Assembly (NCBI GenBank): GCA_018819405.1
Contig: JAHJQF010000001.1
Location: 290,097 to 354,096 of the forward strand
From: Patescibacteria group bacterium
Lineage (GTDB): Bacteria > Patescibacteriota > Patescibacteriia > UBA1558 > GWA2-36-10
Direction: 5' to 3'
DNA: 64,000 nt
Shown: positions 9,717 to 16,862 of the stretch, in pieces
How positions within the stretch are numbered: the first letter of the stretch is position 1
Layout of the letters: every line of letters starts with the position of its first letter
The notes under the pieces: model-generated
Databases searched by the model: none
What the model was told of the DNA's origin: nothing
What the model saw: only the letters and a program-made list of their open reading frames with translations
Made by a program: the position numbers and the translations under genes

Positions 9717-12290
9717 TTATCTATTTTCAGAAAAACGTATATCTCTTGCATGCAACATTGTTTTTAGGCTTTCAGTAAATTTTAAGGATTCTTTTAGTGC
9801 TTCCTTCTTTGTATCTCCTTTTGGAATTGGAATTAAGAAGTATTCATTCCAAGCGTCTGTTTTTAATTCAGGTTGACTGGCTGTCTGAGCTAAATAATAT
9901 CCTTGTTTTTTGCATAAATCGCTTCTTAACGAATACCATAACAGCATACTTTCTTCTAAATTTTTTGTTTTAAATACCCAAAAGCCAGATGTACAAATAA
10001 AATTTTCCATTTCTTTTGGTACCAGCATAACAGTTCCTCGTGAACTAATGTTTATCGCCATTAGAACATCATTTTCTTGAATTTTGTATTGTCCACGCGA
10101 TGGTAGGTTTTCAAAATTGTCAGTTAAGTAGTTTATTGGCAAGCCATAGTCAGTTACGTCACTAATTTCAATATAATGAAATTGTTTGTTTTTAAATTCA
10201 TTTTTTTGCAGGCCATTAATTTTAGCTCTTTTTTTTACGTCTATACCTTTTTTAATTTCAATTTTATCTTTGTCGGCGAGCTCTAAAATTTTATTCCAGG
10301 TATTTTTTAACTCAGGCGCATAGAAAAAAGCATCTAATCTATCAATTATTAATTCTTCTGGTGGAGTAATCCAAATTTGTTCCGGACATTCTAAGTTTTC
10401 ATTTTTGTTTTGATTTTCTTTAATTGTTGGTTTCAGTATCCCTGTTCGTTTCCATTCTAAATAAGATACTAAAATATCAGTTAAATTATTACGCTCTAAG
10501 GTGTCTCTGAGGGAGTTGTCGTGTCCAATATTATTACTTATAGACATAAAAATGTGACTTTGTCGTTCATCATCATTTTGTTTTTTCCGTAGATGTAAAA
10601 TTGACGTTTTTATATTTGCCTTTGCCTTGAAGAATGCGTTAAATGGTAAAGAATGAACTCCTAAAATTATAAATTTATCTACTATCCAGTTTCGAACATT
10701 TTGTTGATTTTTCCCGTTTAATACTGTGTCGTCAAGAACCAGTAATATTTCGCCACCTGATTTCAGTAATTTCCAATATCGATCCAAAAATAAAATATTT
10801 GATTTTGCACTTTTCATCCCGTCTGCAATATGGCGCTGGTCTAATATATCTGTTTCATCTTCATTATTTCTGTCATACACCATGCTAAACGGAGGGTTTG
10901 TTAGTACCAAGTCAAAGCTATTTTCCATGATTTTTGTTTGCATTGCTTCAATTTCAGATTTTCTTTCATCTTTCATGTCTTCTGCAATTTTTGGAAAATC
11001 GTCCAATCCATCGCCGTGAAATATGTGACTACCACCATCGCCGTGTAAATACATATTAATTCTAGCAATTCTTGCAACACGTTCATTTGCTTCAATGCCA
11101 AATAATTGTTCATTACAGATCTTGTTTTTAATTATTTCTTTTTCTGTATTACTAAAGCGTGTATCATCTCTCAATCCAGATAATAAATAAGCCATAACTT
11201 CAATGAGAAAACCAGCTGTTCCTGCACATGCATCCATAACTTTTGGCGGATTTTTAATATCCACATTACATAAGGCAATTCGGGTCATAAAGTCAACAAC
11301 TGGTCGGGGTGTAAAATATTGCCCCAATGCTCGTCCTCTTACGGCAGCGTTTAAGAACACTTCAAACATTCGTCCGTTAAGGTCTTCATCAATTGAGCTA
11401 AGATTAATTTTTTCAAATATTTTTATTAGATCTTGGCAGGTGGAGGCACTCAATTTAAAAGTTTCATTTTCTTCAAAAATTCTACGTTTTTTGTCTCTAT
11501 GTATTGCAGCTTCTAAATCGTCTCGTAATTTATTAAAAAGAATGTCTCGCACAGGATGTTTTGATGTTGATTTTTGAGCATCTAACCACTCGCTGGTAAG
11601 TGGAATTTTATATGTTGGGATGTCTTCATTATTTTGTCCTCTTTTTTTATCCTCATTAATCTTAATGAATATAAATTTACAAAATTCAAAAAAAGCATCA
11701 GTAGGGCTAAGTTTTTCCCTCTTCCAAATTAAATCATGCGTTTGCTGAAAGATTTTATTCAATTCGTCAGGCGAAACGATTTCAAATTTTAATCCATCAC
11801 CGTGCACTACTTCATCAGCAGTTTTATACTTGATATAACTTCTTAGATTGGTATAGGCTGGTGAACCACTGGCAAAATCTGATAACTGTAATGTTACGAT
11901 TGGTGTACTGCTGTCCCATTTGAATAACGAAGTTATAAAACCATTACTGATTAATAACCACTTGACCTTTTCTTTGTCTAATTTATCTCGGTTATAACTA
12001 AGAGCATAGCTTGCAGCTTGTCCCCATGCTTCGTTTATGGATTTATTTGGATCCTTAGCCTCTACTACTACTTTTGCATTTCCATTGCTACCAAGTAATA
12101 AAAAATCTATTTCAATTTTTATTTTTTTGGATCCATCATTAGCCATCAAATTAAGGAGTCTTTTTTTGGGGATAACAGATTGATCTGTATAGCCGAGATC
12201 ATTAAATAATTTTGCCAAGAGCCTAGTTTCTACCTCGGCTTCGGTTTTTAAGTCTTTTAAATTAAGTTGAAATAGAGTACTTTGGCTCAT
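9717..12290 (-). CDS. Fused restriction-modification enzyme (HsdR_N-type endonuclease + N6-adenine MTase + specificity region; type IIG/IIC-like)
   Basis: IDFLL...VVEAK; GQYFTPR; DACAGTAG; NPPF; C-terminal TRD-like region. Confidence 0.85.
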   Translation of the reverse strand: MSQSTLFQLNLKDLKTEAEVETRLLAKLFNDLGYTDQSVIPKKRLLNLMANDGSKKIKIEIDFLLLGSNGNAKVVVEAKDPNKSINEAWGQAASYALSYNRDKLDKEKVKWLLISNGFITSLFKWDSSTPIVTLQLSDFASGSPAYTNLRSYIKYKTADEVVHGDGLKFEIVSPDELNKIFQQTHDLIWKREKLSPTDAFFEFCKFIFIKINEDKKRGQNNEDIPTYKIPLTSEWLDAQKSTSKHPVRDILFNKLRDDLEAAIHRDKKRRIFEENETFKLSASTCQDLIKIFEKINLSSIDEDLNGRMFEVFLNAAVRGRALGQYFTPRPVVDFMTRIALCNVDIKNPPKVMDACAGTAGFLIEVMAYLLSGLRDDTRFSNTEKEIIKNKICNEQLFGIEANERVARIARINMYLHGDGGSHIFHGDGLDDFPKIAEDMKDERKSEIEAMQTKIMENSFDLVLTNPPFSMVYDRNNEDETDILDQRHIADGMKSAKSNILFLDRYWKLLKSGGEILLVLDDTVLNGKNQQNVRNWIVDKFIILGVHSLPFNAFFKAKANIKTSILHLRKKQNDDERQSHIFMSISNNIGHDNSLRDTLERNNLTDILVSYLEWKRTGILKPTIKENQNKNENLECPEQIWITPPEELIIDRLDAFFYAPELKNTWNKILELADKDKIEIKKGIDVKKRAKINGLQKNEFKNKQFHYIEISDVTDYGLPINYLTDNFENLPSRGQYKIQENDVLMAINISSRGTVMLVPKEMENFICTSGFWVFKTKNLEESMLLWYSLRSDLCKKQGYYLAQTASQPELKTDAWNEYFLIPIPKGDTKKEALKESLKFTESLKTMLHARDIRFSENR

Positions 12291-12508
12291 ATTGGTTTAA
12301 TTTAGTTTTTATACTATTTATAATACAAGTATAATTCATTTAAAATAAAAACACAATTCTGAGATATAAATAAATCGTTTCCGAAGCGTAGCGGAGGAAA
12401 CATCTGCTCCTGCCGACAGGCAGGTTCCCCTCCTAAAAAAAGAAAAAGAAATTTGTAATTTTTAAAAATAATTGTTTGTTAAATGCCGAAAAAGAAAAGG
12501 AATATTTC

Positions 12509-13116
12509 AGCTAACAGACGTGCGTATCTGAAGTTCCGAAGCGAGTGGCGTGGTAAAATTGCGCGGAGCGCACCACGCAAACGAGCGAGGAATTTGGGTG
12601 AGTAAGTTAAATAAAATCTTTATACTGCTCTTCAATAGGAGGATTGGAAAAATAAGCCAATACACTATTACCAGATTCCATTAATTCTATCATTTCAAAA
12701 CCGTCTCTAGGTATTAATTTAAAATTATTTTTGCCCAAATTTTCTTTTTTAAAATTTTCGTAATTTTTCACTGTAAAATCTGCATCGCCCCTTTCTTTTT
12801 TATTAGGATCAAATTCTCTAATTTTTAATACTCTAATAGTTCTTCCTATAGGCTCATTTAATATGAATATAGGGCCACTGTATGTGTCTTTCAATTTTTC
12901 ACCAAATTTTTTTACTTCTTCAATCAATTCCTTATATTCTTCTTCAGTTTGGGCAAAAATACAAGCCCAAGTCGCTATAGCACCATGTTCTTTGGTATAT
13001 TTATCTTTAAGAGCAATAGCTCTCATTAGTATTTCTTGAACGATAATTTTTTTTAAATCTACCATAGTTTTATAAAGATTTTATTTAACTTACGAACCAG
13101 ATACGCGGTGATAGGT
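12509..13116 (-). repeat. attC-like site 9 (608 bp, contains gene 12607-13065)
   Basis: 23 bp perfect stem gtaagttaaataaaatctttata/tataaagattttatttaacttac. Confidence 0.8.
12607..13065 (-). CDS. Hypothetical protein (inside attC-like loop)
   Basis: 152 aa ORF. Confidence 0.7.
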   Translation of the reverse strand: MVDLKKIIVQEILMRAIALKDKYTKEHGAIATWACIFAQTEEEYKELIEEVKKFGEKLKDTYSGPIFILNEPIGRTIRVLKIREFDPNKKERGDADFTVKNYENFKKENLGKNNFKLIPRDGFEMIELMESGNSVLAYFSNPPIEEQYKDFI

Positions 13117-13255
13117 GATGTACATTTTTTCTTAAACTTTAAAGAGTTTTATTTCTTAAAAGTAGAATTTGATTTTTATCAATTTTGGCGAGGGCGCAGA
13201 GGGGGTTAGGGGGTGAATGCGCCCGAGCCAAAGGCGCTTTGTCTAATTTATAATT

Positions 13256-14077
13256 TTATTTTGCTTCTACACTTTTTATTATTTGTTTAGTTAACTCATT
13301 AAAGATTACAAAAAACATTTGAGAGTCCTGTGGTTCTAAAAAGATTTTTAATCTTAATTGTTTTTCGGGGTGTATTAGATTTCTATATTCCATTATAGTA
13401 GTGCCTATGTCTTTTGCTGGTTTTCTCACCCAGCCCATAGAGAATGATACATCAATAAAATTACTTAGTGTCCACTCCGATAAATTACGAGGTTTTTTAG
13501 TTTTTGGGTCTATTGGGGTTGTTTTTTGTTTAAAAATAGTACTTTTATCTGTTAATTTATTTATGCGCGCAAGAAAAAATGCTTCCAGTAATCCACCCAT
13601 CATTACTGTGGCAGCAAGAGGTGCTACATTGATGCAGTTTTGGATTTCATCGAAACGACTATATATGATTTGTTGCATGTAGTCATCTTGTACAAGATTT
13701 TCTAATGAAGTAATATTTTTATTTTCTACTTTTGGTTTTTGGTTTGTTATTGTTTCGGATTGCAATTTTATTAGTTTACCTCTTAATCCCTTAATAAGGG
13801 ATAGGTATTTATTTTTACTAGTAGCTGAATGCGACCATTCATTTATTAGTAGATAGTCATCATTAATTTTAGTATATAGTTCAGAATCTACGCATAAAGG
13901 AGAAAAAATATTTTTATATTTTTCGAACCACGCTAAAGAAATTGTTCTTATAAACTCACGTGTAGATTTTGAACGTATTTGATCTCCGCTTTCTTTTCGC
14001 AATATTTTTTTAAGACGTTCAGCTTCATCTAGTAAGGTAATTAAAATATTTGAAATATTGCTGTCGTTAATTGCCAT
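13256..14077 (-). CDS. HEPN/DUF4145-like protein
   Basis: MGGLLEA helix and C-terminal YRNLIHP (Rx3H variant of the HEPN motif). Confidence 0.55.
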   Translation of the reverse strand: MAINDSNISNILITLLDEAERLKKILRKESGDQIRSKSTREFIRTISLAWFEKYKNIFSPLCVDSELYTKINDDYLLINEWSHSATSKNKYLSLIKGLRGKLIKLQSETITNQKPKVENKNITSLENLVQDDYMQQIIYSRFDEIQNCINVAPLAATVMMGGLLEAFFLARINKLTDKSTIFKQKTTPIDPKTKKPRNLSEWTLSNFIDVSFSMGWVRKPAKDIGTTIMEYRNLIHPEKQLRLKIFLEPQDSQMFFVIFNELTKQIIKSVEAK

Positions 14078-14088
14078 AGCTAGAGTGA

Positions 14089-14643
14089 TTATTTTTTCTT
14101 TTTAGTATTTCTTACAATTTTTTTTCTTTTCTTTGATGTAGTTGCAGTACTTTCTGTATTTGGAAGAACCATTGCAACAAGATTTTCTCCAACACTGTTT
14201 AATCTGTATGCACCTCTTGAAATATTGTCTAAATACCCAGCTTTAGTTGCATTTACTAAAGTTTGATCTGGACGTTTTATCCTAGTTCTCCCCACAAGTC
14301 TTGTGGCCTCTATTAAATCATTCATTGATATGGTGTCCTTTTTTTCACTTGCTTCAAATTGATAATAGTAGGCAACAGCGGCAGCAAAATGATTATCGGA
14401 AGATGGTTTTTTTCCATCAATAAAAGTTTTTATATCTCTAGATGTTGTATGTTGAGTCGATGCATTTTGAGTTATGTTATTAAGGATATCAGGCTTTATC
14501 TCTTGTGTAATTCCGGGTATATTAATATTTAATTTTTCGCATGCCCATCGCATGGTTTGTAGTTGTTCGTCTTCTGGAAGTGTTTGTATTAAGTTGACGA
14601 TTTCACGCAATACGTCATAGGAATCTTTTTTTTGATCACTCAT
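14089..14643 (-). CDS. Putative wHTH-like protein, partner of the downstream HEPN-like gene
   Basis: AYYYQF...TLVNATKAGYL...GAYRLNSVGENLV. Confidence 0.5.
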   Translation of the reverse strand: MSDQKKDSYDVLREIVNLIQTLPEDEQLQTMRWACEKLNINIPGITQEIKPDILNNITQNASTQHTTSRDIKTFIDGKKPSSDNHFAAAVAYYYQFEASEKKDTISMNDLIEATRLVGRTRIKRPDQTLVNATKAGYLDNISRGAYRLNSVGENLVAMVLPNTESTATTSKKRKKIVRNTKKKK

Positions 14644-14766
14644 ATTGTTTAGTTGTTAGTTAATATTATATTTATTTATTTCAACCCCCTAACTAAAATA
14701 GATAAAAATCAAATTTGTATAATTTAAATTTTAGCTTATCTTAGCCAAAAAGGAAAAATGTATGTC

Positions 14767-14957
14767 ATCTATCAGACGTGCGTATGCGAAGTTCTACTTG
14801 AATTTTATGCTAAAATAGCACGGAGTGCAAGCATAAAATGAAAAGTAGAATTTGGGTGGAGCTGTTTTAGTTTAGTCTAAACTATATAAAAACAGATAAA
14901 TTTTACTTTACCTGTTCTTAAATAATGCTTCGCGAAACCGTATACGTAGTGTTGTCT
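14767..14957 (-). repeat. attC-like site 10 (191 bp, gene-less)
   Basis: Near-duplicate of 3025-3215. Confidence 0.8.
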
Positions 14958-15113
14958 GATGTCGAATTTTCTTAGACATTTACTATTATTTAGGGGAATT
15001 TTTGGGTTTTTAAGGTTGACAAGATATAGTGTTTATGATATATTATTTTGTTAACTAAAATCGGTCAATTCAGGCCATTGGTTGTGTTCCTCAAACTTGG
15101 AAGGAGTAATTTC

Positions 15114-15548
15114 ATGACTACCACCGTTGTTTCCCAGGGTAGCTTGTTCTGGAACAAGCTCGGCAAGTGGCAGATGCTGGCAGTTCTGTTAACTTTGGTG
15201 GTTTTCTTCGTTGCCCTAGGAATGGGTAATAAGGAGACTGCCGGCACCATCTCTGCTCTCACGCTTGCTGCCGTCACTCTGACTGTTCTCACTGTCGCCG
15301 CCCTCGTTCTCGCTGTCCCTTCCGCCGTTCCCTTCGTATTCCTTTTCGCTGCTGCTACTGCCAGCATCGCCTTCGCTTTCGTTAAAGGTGTTGCCATTAT
15401 TCCCGGCATCGCCTTCGCCGTCGCTGAAGGAATTGCTGTCACCCTTGCCGTCGCTGAGGTGAAGAAGTACGGCATCAGGAAGAGGATTGTTTGGTTTTCC
15501 TTCGCGGCGGAGTTTGCGTGTATCGTCCTTCCCATGTCACTGGCTTAG
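15114..15548 (+). CDS. Ala/Val-rich membrane protein; inverse cassette gene; paralog of 118-531
   Basis: Same leader, RBS and terminator as the 118-531 copy; TTGACA near 15016. Confidence 0.75.
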   Translation: MTTTVVSQGSLFWNKLGKWQMLAVLLTLVVFFVALGMGNKETAGTISALTLAAVTLTVLTVAALVLAVPSAVPFVFLFAAATASIAFAFVKGVAIIPGIAFAVAEGIAVTLAVAEVKKYGIRKRIVWFSFAAEFACIVLPMSLA

Positions 15549-15665
15549 GCCAGCACCCTCCACGAGACCCGGGTTAGAATAGGGTCTCTTTTTTTCCAAA
15601 AAATTCCCAAACAAAAAACAATCTCTAAAAGATTGTTTTATTATATGAATAGAAAATTCGATTTC

Positions 15666-16053
15666 ATACAACAGACCGCCATATGCGAAGTTGCGCAGGC
15701 CGCCTACCTTTAACTTAGGCACTTAGTTAATTATAATAGCAATGAATTGTAAACAAAATCCTATACTATATAGAGTGAAGGCTAATAATCCAACCATTTT
15801 ATCTTTTAGATGTTTAATTTGTGTATAATTTCCTTTATCGTCCATTTTTATAATATAATCATCATTAACATTTCTAGTAATGTTAAGATAGGAAATTAAC
15901 AATATTAAAGAAGCTCCAGTATTTATTATTAAGCCAATTAGGTTTAGTATATTTGAAGAATTAGTCATATTTTATTAGTTAGTTAAAGAATTAGGCCAAG
16001 CAATTTTGGTGAAGCGCCTGACAAGGCGCTGAACCGCATATGGGGTGTTAGCT
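15666..16053 (-). repeat. attC-like site 11 (388 bp, contains gene 15723-15968 in arm 1)
   Basis: Covarying L boxes ccatatgcg/cgcatatgg. Confidence 0.8.
15723..15968 (-). CDS. Small 2-TM protein (inside attC-like loop)
   Basis: 81 aa hydrophobic ORF. Confidence 0.65.
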   Translation of the reverse strand: MTNSSNILNLIGLIINTGASLILLISYLNITRNVNDDYIIKMDDKGNYTQIKHLKDKMVGLLAFTLYSIGFCLQFIAIIIN

Positions 16054-16098
16054 GATGTAAATAAATTCAACGAGCATAGCGAGTTGTTTAAATGAATT

Positions 16099-16710
16099 TT
16101 ATTTTTTTGGTTTTATTGACCCTAAAACAATATAATAAAAAATTCTTTGTATAAATACGAATATTAGGATTATTATAATATTAGTCAGTAAAAAAGATTT
16201 TAAGAAATTTTCAGAAGAATATACTGGAGTTATATCGAATAGATGGTTGGTGTAACTTATTGGTGAGTTAATAGATTTTTCCTGGTCAATTCTATTTTGC
16301 CACTTTTGATCATCATTACTTGCATCAAATAATGGCTCATCATTTTTTATGTCAAAGTATCTTTGTAAATCGTAGATACTAATGTTTGCTGTAAATTTAG
16401 AATTACATTTTTTTAATATATTTTCTATGGCATATTCATTACTTGGTTCCGAATAAAAAGTTTTATAATTGTAGTTTTTTAAACTATTTTCTAGGCCATA
16501 ATATATTGACAGTTCATTTAATTTATAAGTTACTTTACCAGTGCTTCTATTGCATGTCAGAGTAGATTTTTCTAAGTCTAATTTATTATATTTATTCTGA
16601 AAGACTTCATAATTACCGATGCTAATTGTTATGACAAAAACAATAATAAATATTACTTTTATAAGTCTATACCAAGCCTTATTATTTAGGTTTAAAATGG
16701 TTTTTTCCAT
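16099..16710 (-). CDS. Membrane protein with 2 TM helices flanking a soluble loop (first cassette)
   Basis: 203 aa ORF. Confidence 0.7.
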   Translation of the reverse strand: MEKTILNLNNKAWYRLIKVIFIIVFVITISIGNYEVFQNKYNKLDLEKSTLTCNRSTGKVTYKLNELSIYYGLENSLKNYNYKTFYSEPSNEYAIENILKKCNSKFTANISIYDLQRYFDIKNDEPLFDASNDDQKWQNRIDQEKSINSPISYTNHLFDITPVYSSENFLKSFLLTNIIIILIFVFIQRIFYYIVLGSIKPKK

Positions 16711-16774
16711 ATTTATTAAGGTTAAAAAATAAAATTCATTTAAATATTCGGCGTTAGCCGAATAAAGTTATTTA

Positions 16775-16800
16775 TTTCAGCTAACAGTGTGTTTGTGCAC
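16775..16800 (-). other. attI-like primary recombination site
   Basis: tttcagctaaC-agtgt-gtttgtg: the R box is retained, but beyond the crossover the attC body is replaced by a 5 nt spacer and a degenerate L box; lies directly upstream of the integrase. Confidence 0.7.
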
Positions 16801-16862
16801 CTATTGACATCGTAGCTCAAATTAGCCAATATGTAAATATTAAGCATTAATCACAAAGTATT

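Noticed and set aside
15200-15460. Diversity-generating retroelement variable region
   Set aside because: No reverse transcriptase and no template repeat with adenine-specific differences are visible in the window.
649-16800. CRISPR array interpretation of the recurring motifs
   Set aside because: The repeats are degenerate, alternate in inverted orientation, and are separated by whole genes. No cas genes are present.
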